Position numbers and translations under genes: made by a program. From an uncultured Acidimicrobiia bacterium (lineage in GTDB: Bacteria; Actinomycetota; Acidimicrobiia; Spongiisociales; UBA5794), in the NCBI GenBank assembly GCA_963714375.1, contig CAVQOG010000008.1, forward strand, positions 413,171-477,170: 64,000 nt of DNA, in the 5' to 3' direction. Positions 43,943-54,428 of this stretch are shown in pieces. How positions within the stretch are numbered: position 1 is the stretch's first letter; the number at the start of each line of letters is the position of its first letter. Under the pieces are notes generated by a model. That model was not told the DNA's origin. It made no database searches and saw nothing but the letters and a program-made list of their open reading frames with translations.

Positions 43943-44391
43943 GCATCCCCTTCGTAACTTCACATCCTGATGAAACAAGGACCCTCGGTCGGAAACTTGC
44001 CGCGCTCCTGACTGCCGGAGACGTCATTGTGCTTTCTGGCAGACTCGGCTCTGGCAAGACCCTCTTCGTGTCCGGTATCGCCGAAGGCCTCGGTATCGGA
44101 GCGCGGATCACGAGCCCCACCTTTCTCATCGCCAAGTCTTATGCCGATGGATTCCTCCCACTGATTCATGCTGATGTGTACCGGCTTGGGTCAGTTGCTG
44201 AGTTCGCCGACCTAGGACTGATCGATAGTGGTGCAGACGGTGCGGTTGTGATCGAGTGGGGTGAGGCCGTTGCCGAAGCCCTCCCCGAGGATCGGCTGAT
44301 CGTTTCCTTCACAATGGATGGAGATGCGAGAACAATCGTGTTCCAACCTGTTGGTGGATGGGTGGCGCGCGACCTTGGTGTTCTGGCATGA
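43939..44391 (+). CDS. tsaE: t6A biosynthesis ATPase TsaE
   Basis: GRLGSGKT, ITSPTF, HADVYRL, IEWG. Confidence 0.94.
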   Translation: MSIPFVTSHPDETRTLGRKLAALLTAGDVIVLSGRLGSGKTLFVSGIAEGLGIGARITSPTFLIAKSYADGFLPLIHADVYRLGSVAEFADLGLIDSGADGAVVIEWGEAVAEALPEDRLIVSFTMDGDARTIVFQPVGGWVARDLGVLA

Positions 44392-45098
44392 GAACGCTCG
44401 CGATCGAAACAGGCACACCAGCGTCTTCCGTTGCGATCGGTGAGGGCACGGCATTGCGTGCGCTGTCGATGAATGTTGATTCTCGCGGTCACGTCAGCTT
44501 TCTCATGCCAGCGATCGACTTCTGTCTCAAGCAGGCCGGATGGCTCCCGTCTGATATTGAGCTTGTCGCTGTTGATGTCGGTCCGGGCCCATACACCGGC
44601 CTTCGTGCTGGAGTGGCCACCGCCCAGGCGTTCGCCGCCGCTGTTGGTGCTCAGATGGCTCCCGTGTCGTCGCTGACAGTGATTGCCTTTCGAGCAGCGA
44701 CAGGACGCAGACGAATCTGGCCGGTCGTCGACATGCGACGAGGCCAGGTTGCGGTGGCGCCGTATCGGCCGCTTCCGGGCGGCGTCGCCCCCGATGGGTC
44801 TCCCGAGGTTGTGCGACCTGAGGACTTCAAGGCAATCCTTGAATCTGAGCCAGGCGACTCGCTGGTTGTGGGCGATTGGCAGGTTCTGCCCGACAGCACA
44901 TGGACCGGACTGCATCGGGTGCGTCGCGGGCGGCCGCGCTATCCCTCTGCGGAGACACTCCTTGAGATTGCGGACATGTATCAGGAACACGACAAGTTGA
45001 GTGCTGCAGGCGACGTCCGCCCCAAATACATGCGAGAGCCTGACGTCCAGATCAATTGGAGCGCGTTCCGATCCGAGGGGGCGTGGCCGGATGCCTGA
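44388..45098 (+). CDS. tsaB: t6A biosynthesis protein TsaB
   Basis: LAIETG, GPGPYTGLRAG, VDMRRGQV. Confidence 0.92.
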   Translation: MRTLAIETGTPASSVAIGEGTALRALSMNVDSRGHVSFLMPAIDFCLKQAGWLPSDIELVAVDVGPGPYTGLRAGVATAQAFAAAVGAQMAPVSSLTVIAFRAATGRRRIWPVVDMRRGQVAVAPYRPLPGGVAPDGSPEVVRPEDFKAILESEPGDSLVVGDWQVLPDSTWTGLHRVRRGRPRYPSAETLLEIADMYQEHDKLSAAGDVRPKYMREPDVQINWSAFRSEGAWPDA

Positions 45099-45594
45099 GT
45101 TCCCGATCCGAGCGATGGCACGACGTGACATCCCGGCAGTCGCTGCACTTGAGTCTGTGATCTACCCGACTCCGTGGTCCCCACGGGTGTTCTTCGACGA
45201 ACTAGCGATGGAGAATCGCAGCTATCTGGTTATCGAGGGGGCTGACGGCATTGTGGGATATGGGGGCCTCCTCATGGTTGAGGAGGATGCCCACATCACG
45301 ACACTTGCGGTCGCACCCGAGATGCGGGGGAAGCGACTTGGTGTGCAACTGATGCTGGCGTTGGTGGATGAGGCCTTGGCTCACGCGGCCCGGCACCTCA
45401 CGCTCGAGGTCAGGGTATCCAACACTTCCGCTCAAGGTCTCTATGAGCGTTTCGGGTTCAACCCGGTCGGACGGCGCAAGGACTATTACCCCGATGAGGA
45501 TGCACTGGTCATGTGGGCGACGGATATTGACACACCTGAGTACGCCGATCGGATCGCTGGCATCCGCAATTCTCTCGACAGTGGGACGCCATGA
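45091..45594 (+). CDS. rimI: Ribosomal protein S18 alanine N-acetyltransferase
   Basis: TPWS, HITTLAV, LEVRVSN...LYERFGF...RKDYY. Confidence 0.92.
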   Translation: MPEFPIRAMARRDIPAVAALESVIYPTPWSPRVFFDELAMENRSYLVIEGADGIVGYGGLLMVEEDAHITTLAVAPEMRGKRLGVQLMLALVDEALAHAARHLTLEVRVSNTSAQGLYERFGFNPVGRRKDYYPDEDALVMWATDIDTPEYADRIAGIRNSLDSGTP

Positions 45595-45617
45595 GGGAGC
45601 GAACGACATCACACCAC

Positions 45618-45672
45618 GGCGTTCTGTGGGCTGTAGCCCACCTTGTGCGTGGGTTCATACCCTGGGTACGCG
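45618..45672. repeat. 55-bp REP-like dispersed element, copy 2
   Basis: ggcgttctgtgggctgtagcccaccttgtgcgtgggttcataccctgggtacgcg, inverted relative to 24821-24875. Confidence 0.85.
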
Positions 45673-45691
45673 GGATGGGTGGTGCTGACGC

Positions 45692-46705
45692 ATGAGTGGG
45701 CCCCTTGTTCTTGGGATTGAGACGAGTTGTGATGAAACAGGCGTGGCCGTGATTGAGGGCTACGACGTCAGGAGCTCGGTTCTCTCAAGCCAAGTTGATG
45801 AGCACGCACGATTCGGCGGAGTCGTACCCGAGGTGGCTGCGCGGGCACATGTCGAGGCAATTCGGCCCCTCGTGCACCAGGCGATCACACGAGCCGGGGT
45901 TCATCCAGACCAGCTCGACGCCATAGCGGTGACACGGGGACCCGGACTTGTCGGCGCTCTATCGGTCGGATACGCCTATGGAAAATCTCTCGCGTATTCC
46001 CTTGGGAAATCCCTCTACGGGATTGACCACATGGAGGGGCACCTTTTTGCACCTCGATTGTCGTTCGACGGCTATGAGCCGCCCGCTGTCGTGTTGCTTG
46101 CGAGCGGAGGGCACAGCCAGATTGTGCACGTGAGGAGTTGGGGGGACTACGAGATACTTGGTGGAACCATCGACGATGCAGCAGGAGAAGCGTTCGACAA
46201 ATTGGCCCGGTTCATGGGTCTTGGATATCCGGGTGGCCCAGCGATTGACGCTGATGCCACAGGAGGCGATCCCGAGGCCGTGCAGTTCCCACGGGCTCTC
46301 AGGGATCGACCTTTCGACTTCTCATTCTCGGGTCTCAAGACCTCCGTCATCACCTACCTGGAGAAGGCCAAAGAGGCAGGATCCCTCCCACCGAGATCCG
46401 ACGTGTCAGCGTCCATTCAAGAAGCAATTGTCGATGTTCTCGTGGAAAAGACGTTCAACGCGGTGGAATCGACCGGCGTGCAGATCGTTGGGGCTGGCGG
46501 CGGTGTACTCGCGAATCGCCGGCTGCGCGAGAGGCTCGAAGCTGAGGCGGACCGTCGCGGTGTGGGCCTGTTCGTACCAGAGGCGTCACTGTGTACCGAC
46601 AATGGGGCGATGATCGCAAGCGTGGCGGTCGACAGGCTTCACGCCGGATTCGAGCCAGATGCCCTGACGTTCGATGTTGACCCCGGGCTCGGGCTCGGAT
46701 CGTGA
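45692..46705 (+). CDS. tsaD: t6A synthase TsaD
   Basis: GIETSCDET, HMEGH, SGGH, DDAAGEAFDK, CTDNGAMIA. Confidence 0.97.
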   Translation: MSGPLVLGIETSCDETGVAVIEGYDVRSSVLSSQVDEHARFGGVVPEVAARAHVEAIRPLVHQAITRAGVHPDQLDAIAVTRGPGLVGALSVGYAYGKSLAYSLGKSLYGIDHMEGHLFAPRLSFDGYEPPAVVLLASGGHSQIVHVRSWGDYEILGGTIDDAAGEAFDKLARFMGLGYPGGPAIDADATGGDPEAVQFPRALRDRPFDFSFSGLKTSVITYLEKAKEAGSLPPRSDVSASIQEAIVDVLVEKTFNAVESTGVQIVGAGGGVLANRRLRERLEAEADRRGVGLFVPEASLCTDNGAMIASVAVDRLHAGFEPDALTFDVDPGLGLGS

Positions 46706-47766
46706 ATGGCGGTATCCGCCTCGGCACCGTTGGGGGCATCGAGCTGATCGTGGATGCTTCGGCATCCGTTCTGGCACTGTTGTTCGGAGCAACGGTCATG
46801 GTTGATCTCTTGTCGCGAGATCTCGTCTCCTCCAACGAACGGGCCGTCACGTTTGGTGTGTTCGCCGGTTTGGCGATTGTCGGATGTGTCTTTGCTCACG
46901 AGGCCGCACATGCCGTTGTGGCGAAGCTGAAAGGCCAGCGGGTTCTCAGCATCCGTGTGTTCTTCTTCGGGGGGTATTCGGTCATCGAGGGTGAGCCAGA
47001 GCCGATGACCGAGTTCCAGGTCGCGGCGGCGGGACCGGCGGCATCGATCCTGCTTGCCTTCGGGTTCTGGATGCTGCAAATGGCTGACCTCGGGCACGGC
47101 TTCACGGCTACGATGCGGGCCCTTGCCCTCGCCAACCTTGCCATCGGCTTGTTCAATTTGTTCCCAGGATTCCCGCTAGACGGTGGCCGCGTGCTGCGCG
47201 GCCTTGTTGCAGAGCACACGGGTAATCGTGTCGTCGCAACCCGCTTCGTTGCACGGGTCGGGCGCTATACCGGCTGGGCAATTCTCATTGCTGGCTGTCT
47301 CCTCTTGGCATTGCAGGAGCCGTTTGGGCTGTTTTGGATCATTGTGGGCTGGTTCCTTGCTGCGACAGCCGTGCAGACCGGCAGGCGTGAGGAGCTCGCG
47401 GTCGCCTACAGCGGCCGAACGGTTCGCTCTGCGATGCGCCCCGTTGACAAAGCCGTTCCGGGTTCGATGCCGGTTGCGACCATGGTCGACACCTACTCCA
47501 TGGGAAGAGACATGCACTCGCAACCTGTTGAGGTTGCAGGTCGCGTCGTTGGGGTCATCGGGCATGACGAACTCGACGCCACTGCCCCGGCACGCTGGGT
47601 TTCCACCAGCGTTGAACGGCTCATGACGCGGATCGGTCCCGACGACGTCGTGGAAGCCGACCAGCCGCTCCAGACAGTGGTCCTGGACCGGCATGACACA
47701 CGCAGGCCGCTGGTCGTTATCGACAACGACAGGGTGATCGGCATCATCGACCCGGGGTCCTTCTGA
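46702..47766 (+). CDS. Site-2 protease (M50) with C-terminal CBS domains
   Basis: HEAAH, AAAGP, NLFPGFPLDGGR, then CBS-like repeats. Confidence 0.85.
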   Translation: MNGGIRLGTVGGIELIVDASASVLALLFGATVMVDLLSRDLVSSNERAVTFGVFAGLAIVGCVFAHEAAHAVVAKLKGQRVLSIRVFFFGGYSVIEGEPEPMTEFQVAAAGPAASILLAFGFWMLQMADLGHGFTATMRALALANLAIGLFNLFPGFPLDGGRVLRGLVAEHTGNRVVATRFVARVGRYTGWAILIAGCLLLALQEPFGLFWIIVGWFLAATAVQTGRREELAVAYSGRTVRSAMRPVDKAVPGSMPVATMVDTYSMGRDMHSQPVEVAGRVVGVIGHDELDATAPARWVSTSVERLMTRIGPDDVVEADQPLQTVVLDRHDTRRPLVVIDNDRVIGIIDPGSF

Positions 47767-47775
47767 ACACAGGAC

Positions 47776-47803
47776 CCAACGGTTAACGCCCAACGCTCAA
47801 CGC
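47776..47803. repeat. 7-bp array (caacg type) overlapping the amidohydrolase stop
   Basis: ccaacgg ttaacgc ccaacgc tcaacgc. Confidence 0.65.
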
Positions 47804-48864
47804 ATGACGAGGGCTCCGGCTCGCATTATCACGGACGGGTGGTCGAGCACAGAGAGGTCTTCGCGGGGGTCACCAGGAAAGATGACCAGGTCGGCAGGCT
47901 GGCCGAACTCGATTCCGGGAAGTCCCAGGTATTCCCTCGCGATCCATGACCCGGACGCCAGCGCTGCTTCGGCCGGCAGCCCGAAGGCGTGGAGTAGTCG
48001 GATCTCGTCCGCCACAACCCCGTGTGGTGTCATACCGGCGTCGGTACCCGCGAGGATCCGGACACCAGCGTCATGAGCTTGTCTGATGCGTTCTCCGTGG
48101 TCCTCCATGCGTGCGTTGAACTCGGCAGCTCCGTTGGGACCGAGCATGTCCGGGGTCATGCCACGCACGAGGTCGTCGATAATCGCCGTCGGGGTCCATG
48201 TCATGTCGGCGCTCGCCATCTGGGCGACCTGACTCTCCTCAATGACGTTTCCGTGTTCGATGCCGTCGAATCCAGCGTCGATCGCGAGCTGAATGGACTC
48301 GGGGATGGACGCGTGCATAGTGATGCGGCCCCCTCTCGAATGGACCTTCTCGGCTGTCTCGGTCAGGGCCTCGAGTTGATAGTTCGTGGTCAATCGGGAA
48401 TCGCGAATGAAGTCACCGATCACCTTGACCCAGCCGCCCGAGTGGTCGAGTTCCTCAAGCGCCGCTTCATGGAGTCCGGCGCCCTCCACCTCTCGCGCCA
48501 GTCCGGGGAAGTATGCCCCGGGAGCGGTCAGGAATCGACCTGCGGTGATCACCGTCGGTAGCCCGTCGCCGTTGCCCAGACCAAACGATGCATGGTTCGG
48601 GCTGCCGGGCTCGCGGACCGATAGGACACCGGCTTCAAGGTGCTGGCGTGCCGACGCACGGACCAGCTCGTCGTCGGACCCCTCGGCCAGGGGGCTCGCC
48701 AACGCCAGGTGGGCGTGTGCATCAACGAGACCAGGGATCGCATAGCCACCTTCATGGATTGACATGGCATCCGGGGCCTCATCGACCCATACACCGCCCT
48801 TGACCCAGAGATTCGTCGACACGCCCCCCGGCAGGACACTCGTTGCAAGGTGCATGGCACCCAT
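47797..48864 (-). CDS. Amidohydrolase family protein
   Basis: PGLVDAHAH metal motif, GWVKVIGD, IEHG, AGTDAG, GQPADLV. Start placed at MGAMH, after GGAG. Confidence 0.88.
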   Translation of the reverse strand: MGAMHLATSVLPGGVSTNLWVKGGVWVDEAPDAMSIHEGGYAIPGLVDAHAHLALASPLAEGSDDELVRASARQHLEAGVLSVREPGSPNHASFGLGNGDGLPTVITAGRFLTAPGAYFPGLAREVEGAGLHEAALEELDHSGGWVKVIGDFIRDSRLTTNYQLEALTETAEKVHSRGGRITMHASIPESIQLAIDAGFDGIEHGNVIEESQVAQMASADMTWTPTAIIDDLVRGMTPDMLGPNGAAEFNARMEDHGERIRQAHDAGVRILAGTDAGMTPHGVVADEIRLLHAFGLPAEAALASGSWIAREYLGLPGIEFGQPADLVIFPGDPREDLSVLDHPSVIMRAGALVMR

Positions 48865-48933
48865 TCGATTCTCCGTTCTCTCGCTTCGGTGGAGACAATA
48901 CTTCAGCGAATCTGTCGCGGCTCTCGCCTGAAG

Positions 48934-48954
48934 TCCATCGTCCAACGCCCAACG
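48934..48954. repeat. Short 7-bp array (caacg type)
   Basis: tccatcg tccaacg cccaacg. Confidence 0.5.
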
Positions 48955-48979
48955 CCAATTGCATCGGAATATCTTCCGC

Positions 48980-49035
48980 TTAGCACTCGTTGCAGGAGAC
49001 TGCTAGTATTGGCAGTCGTAAGCATTGACTGCTAA
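48980..49035 (+). promoter_or_regulatory. Two tandem CIRCE elements (HrcA operators)
   Basis: TTAGCACTC-N9-GACTGCTAG (48980-49006) and TTGGCAGTC-N9-GACTGCTAA (49009-49035), directly upstream of groES. Confidence 0.92.
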
Positions 49036-49058
49036 CGCAACGCGAAGGAGAAAGTTGG

Positions 49059-49346
49059 ATGAAACTGACACCTTTGGGCGACCGAATTGTCGTGAAGCCC
49101 CAAGATGAGGACGAGGTACGCACATCAGGCGGCCTCGTGATTCCTGACACCGCCAAGGAGAAGCCCCAGTTGGGTGAAGTCCTTGCCGTTGGCCCAGGTG
49201 AGTTCAAGGACGGGGAGCGTATCCCTGTCGACGTCAACGTCGGCGATGTCGTCTTCTATTCGAAGTACGGCGGCACCGAGGTGAAGCACGAAGGTGATGA
49301 TCTTCTGATCCTCTCAAGCCGCGACGTGCTCGCCATACTGAGTTAG
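49059..49346 (+). CDS. groES: Co-chaperonin GroES
   Basis: [31 protein letters not shown]. Confidence 0.98.
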   Translation: MKLTPLGDRIVVKPQDEDEVRTSGGLVIPDTAKEKPQLGEVLAVGPGEFKDGERIPVDVNVGDVVFYSKYGGTEVKHEGDDLLILSSRDVLAILS

Positions 49347-50996
<1,650 letters not shown>

Positions 50997-51018
50997 TCCA
51001 GTTCCCATCGGAGAACTC

Positions 51019-51048
51019 GAAGGGGAGGTCCTTGCGGACCTCCCCTTC
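51019..51048. terminator. Hairpin after groEL
   Basis: Perfect 13-bp stem GAAGGGGAGGTCC-ttgc-GGACCTCCCCTTC. Confidence 0.85.
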
Positions 51049-51053
51049 TGCGT

Positions 51054-51137
51054 TCCGATATCCGATGACCGATATCCGATATCCGATGACCGATGACCGA
51101 TGACCGAAATCCGTAATCCGACGTCCGACGTCCGACG
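51054..51137. repeat. 7-bp array, 12 units, between convergent groEL and the DoxX-like gene
   Basis: tccgata tccgatg accgata tccgata tccgatg accgatg accgatg accgaaa tccgtaa (tccgacg)x3. Confidence 0.92.
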
Positions 51138-51142
51138 TCTGC

Positions 51143-51532
51143 CTACGACTTCGGTTCGATCGGGTACAGCCTTGCCCTGCCATACGCGACGAAGCCGAGG
51201 ATTGCTCCGATGATCACGTTTTGTGCGATTGACGAGGTCTCGCTTCGAGTTGCGTGCCAGATGATCGCTCCGATCATCACCAATACCAGACCGATTGCCG
51301 CATACACCGTCAGCTCGGGCCGTATGCGCGTCACGCTTGGGAGTATCAAGCCGAGACCTCCGAGAACTTCTGCGATGCCGACAATGCTGTGTGTCGTATC
51401 GCTCAGCTCGTACATCCACTCCATCGGGCCCGGAAGCCCTTCAGGCAGGACGAAGTGCATGACTCCGACGAAGATGAAGTAGATCCCAAAGAATATCTGC
51501 AGAATCCAAAGCAACCGGTTCTTCCACGGCAT
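51143..51532 (-). CDS. DoxX-like family membrane protein
   Basis: Four TM segments, with GIAEVLGGLGLILP...MIGAIIWH. Confidence 0.8.
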   Translation of the reverse strand: MPWKNRLLWILQIFFGIYFIFVGVMHFVLPEGLPGPMEWMYELSDTTHSIVGIAEVLGGLGLILPSVTRIRPELTVYAAIGLVLVMIGAIIWHATRSETSSIAQNVIIGAILGFVAYGRARLYPIEPKS

Positions 51533-51605
51533 GGATTGCCTCCTCAGTTTGGGTGACGGTCACGATAGAGGGAGAGCAGCTACCGCGCACATCGGTCCTC
51601 GGTAC

Positions 51606-52205
51606 TCACGCGTGCGCGTCGTCGATCCACAGGTCGGCGGGACGAGCAGCCCACTCGGTGTCGAGCATCGACCAACTCGTGTGGTCAAGCCATTGCGATC
51701 CGACCTTCACCTCATCTCGGAGGGTCCCCTCGTAGGTGAAGCCGAGCTTCTCGGCCATCTTCTCGGAAGCAACGTTTCCGACGGCAATGCGAAGGACGAC
51801 CTTGTGGAGCTCCAGTTCATTGAAACCGACACCTATCGCCATCGCTGCAGCCTCGGTTCCGTAGCCGTGGCCCGTTTCGTCCGAACGGATCCAATATCCG
51901 ACCTCGCCGGTCTTGTTCTGGTGTGAGATCGGCCAGACTGACACGTTGCCGATGTGACGCTCGAGGTCGTTCAATGGCCTGATCGTGAAGTCGTATGCTC
52001 GTTGTTCTGACCATGATCCGACGGACTCGCGGATGAACCGTTGCGCAAACCCTCTGTCATAGCCATCGATCCAAGGAAGCCATGGCTGGAGCTCACCAAC
52101 CGAAGCGGTGATGGCATCGTGCAGCGTTCCCACATCACGCCGTCGGAACGGTCTCAACATGAGCCGTCTCGTGTAGCGGGGTTGGCTGTGGACGTGATTC
52201 GCCAT
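51606..52205 (-). CDS. RimJ/RimL-type GNAT acetyltransferase
   Basis: GEVGYWI, GHGYGTEA, NVASEKMAEKLGFTYEG. Confidence 0.88.
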   Translation of the reverse strand: MANHVHSQPRYTRRLMLRPFRRRDVGTLHDAITASVGELQPWLPWIDGYDRGFAQRFIRESVGSWSEQRAYDFTIRPLNDLERHIGNVSVWPISHQNKTGEVGYWIRSDETGHGYGTEAAAMAIGVGFNELELHKVVLRIAVGNVASEKMAEKLGFTYEGTLRDEVKVGSQWLDHTSWSMLDTEWAARPADLWIDDAHA

Positions 52206-52237
52206 GCGAGTCAGCCTATCGGGATATGCTCCGCTGA

Positions 52238-52786
52238 ATGGACAAATGGTCGGTATACAGAAGCCTCCCAGCAGTCGTAGACCCTCCAGGGTCCGAGGCC
52301 GCGGTTCTCGTTGCCCTCTATGAGGACGCAAACGAAGATATTCGGGTCATCCTCACCAAGCGGCCTGACGACATGCCGACACATCCGGGAGATGTCGTCT
52401 TCCCCGGTGGCCACCGAGAGGGTGGTGAAGAGCCGATCTCGACGGCAACCAGAGAAGCATGGGAAGAAATCGGCCTGCCTCCCGCAAACATCCTTGAGGT
52501 CTTCGGAAGCCTTGAGCCGGTCACGACGCGGGACCGAGACAAACCGATCGTTCCCGTCGTCGTTCGCATAGATCGGCCAGACCACCTCGTGGCCGATCCC
52601 AAGGAAGTCGATGTCATCATTGAACCGACCATCGCTGAACTTCTCAACGAGGACGCTTGGACGACCAGGCCATGGTTCGGATATTCGTTGTGGTTCTACG
52701 AGTTTGAAGAGGGGATCCTCTGGGGCGCAACGGCCTTCATGATGAGGAACCTTCTTGATGTCGTCCGTTCCAACGGATCGTCCTGA
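52238..52786 (+). CDS. Nudix CoA pyrophosphatase
   Basis: AAVLVAL, HPGDVVFPGG, ATREAWEEIGL, ILWGATA. Confidence 0.88.
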   Translation: MDKWSVYRSLPAVVDPPGSEAAVLVALYEDANEDIRVILTKRPDDMPTHPGDVVFPGGHREGGEEPISTATREAWEEIGLPPANILEVFGSLEPVTTRDRDKPIVPVVVRIDRPDHLVADPKEVDVIIEPTIAELLNEDAWTTRPWFGYSLWFYEFEEGILWGATAFMMRNLLDVVRSNGSS

Positions 52787-52815
52787 CGAACCCCACGGCC
52801 CGCCGATATGCAACC

Positions 52816-54240
52816 ATGACGACCATGCCGAGTGACACTCCCAATCCGCCAGATCACATGACCCGCGATGAGTTCCGCCGAAACGGCTATGCGATGATCG
52901 ACTGGGTCGCCAACTATCTCGAAACAGCAGGTGACTCCCCTGTGTTCTCCCACGTGGAACCGGGCGAGATTGCGGCCATGATCCCTGACGCGGCACCCGA
53001 ACGCGGCGAATCATTTGAACGAGTGCTCGGAGACCTCGACGATGTCGTCATGCCTGGCATCACGCACTGGCAGTCGCCGAATTGGTTCGCCTACTTCCCT
53101 GCGAACACATCGCCGCCATCGATCCTTGCCGAGCTCGCGTCCGCAGGTCTGGGGGTTCAGGGGATGCTGTGGTCCACATCGCCAGCGGCAACGGAGATCG
53201 AGTCGAAGGTGCTCGACTGGCTCGTCGACATGATGGCCCTACCGCAGTCGTGGAAATCGACCGGACCAGGTGGGGGAGTCATCCAGATGAGCGCATCGGA
53301 CTCGACTCACGCCACCTTGGTGGTCGCACGGCACAAGAACCAGCACCGCGGACACACTGAAGACATGGTTGTGTATGCCTCGACGCAGGCTCATTCCTCT
53401 GTTGCGAAGGGTTGCACGGTCGCAGGAATCGGTCACGTTCGTGAGATCACCGTCGACGACACATGGGCGATGCGTCCCGATGCACTCCGGAAGGCCGTTG
53501 AGACCGATATCGAGAATGGATTGCTCCCGATCGCAGTGGTGTCAGTGGTCGGAACGACCGGGACGACCGCCGTCGATCCCGTGTCGGAGATTGCGGACGT
53601 CGCGTTCGAGTACGACCTGTGGCATCACGTCGATGCGGCGTATGCGGGGAACGCGATGGTGTGTGAAGAGTTTCGGCACCACATCAAGGGAGTTGACCGG
53701 GTTGACAGCTACACCTTCAACCCACACAAGTGGATGATGGTGAACTTCGATTGCAACGTCCTGTGGGTCGCTGATCGTGCTCCGCTGATCGAAACGCTGA
53801 GCATCCTGCCCCCGTATCTTGTGAACAAGGCAACGGAGTCCGGTGCGGTCATCGACTACCGCGACTGGCATGTGCCGCTCGGCCGCCGGTTCCGAGCACT
53901 GAAGCTGTGGTGGGTCATCCGAAGCTACGGGGTATCAGGGATTCAAGCGTTGGTACGTAGCCACGTGGCGCTTGCCGATTCGTTTGCCGAACGCATCGAA
54001 AGGGATGACCGATTCGACCTGTTTGCCCCCCATCCGTTCGGTCTTGTCTGTTTCACGCACCGCAACGGCAACGACGCAACATCGGCGCTGGCCGAGGGGC
54101 TGAACAACTCGGGAAAGGTCGCGGTTACGCCATCAACCCTCGACGAAACCACTTTCATCCGCGTCGTCGTTGGCCAGGCACGAACCACGAGTGACCATGT
54201 CGATGCGCTTTGGAACCTGATCGACGAACTGGCGGGATGA
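52816..54240 (+). CDS. Group II PLP-dependent decarboxylase, aromatic-L-amino-acid decarboxylase type
   Basis: THWQSP, YFPAN, SPAATEIE, HVDAAYAG, FNPHKW, LGRRFRALKLW. Confidence 0.88.
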   Translation: MTTMPSDTPNPPDHMTRDEFRRNGYAMIDWVANYLETAGDSPVFSHVEPGEIAAMIPDAAPERGESFERVLGDLDDVVMPGITHWQSPNWFAYFPANTSPPSILAELASAGLGVQGMLWSTSPAATEIESKVLDWLVDMMALPQSWKSTGPGGGVIQMSASDSTHATLVVARHKNQHRGHTEDMVVYASTQAHSSVAKGCTVAGIGHVREITVDDTWAMRPDALRKAVETDIENGLLPIAVVSVVGTTGTTAVDPVSEIADVAFEYDLWHHVDAAYAGNAMVCEEFRHHIKGVDRVDSYTFNPHKWMMVNFDCNVLWVADRAPLIETLSILPPYLVNKATESGAVIDYRDWHVPLGRRFRALKLWWVIRSYGVSGIQALVRSHVALADSFAERIERDDRFDLFAPHPFGLVCFTHRNGNDATSALAEGLNNSGKVAVTPSTLDETTFIRVVVGQARTTSDHVDALWNLIDELAG

Positions 54241-54257
54241 TGCTCGCTTCTCTCGCA

Positions 54258-54379
54258 GCTTTCAGCTTTCCGCTCTTCGCTTCTCTGACTTCGGCTACCC
54301 GACTGCGTCGGGTCGCTTGGGTCCAGCAAGCCGGACGTCTGACTTCTGACTTCTGACTTCTGACGTCCGTAATCCGACA
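54258..54379. repeat. Two 7-bp arrays after the decarboxylase stop
   Basis: 54258-54285: gctttca gctttcc gctcttc gcttctc. 54331-54379: ccggacg (tctgact)x3 tctgacg tccgtaa tccgaca. Confidence 0.82.
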
Positions 54380-54381
54380 AT

Positions 54382-54413
54382 AAAGAGAAGGCCCCCGAAG
54401 AGGCCTTCTCTTT
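54382..54413. terminator. Bidirectional intrinsic terminator
   Basis: AAAGAGAAGGCC-N8-GGCCTTCTCTTT between convergent genes. Confidence 0.85.
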
Positions 54414-54428
54414 GTCGCGGACCTGGCG

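Noticed and set aside
46700-48864. Locally higher G+C suggesting horizontal transfer
   Set aside because: Hand-counted 60-nt samples ranged from 55% to 75%, too noisy to support a claim without a sliding-window calculation.
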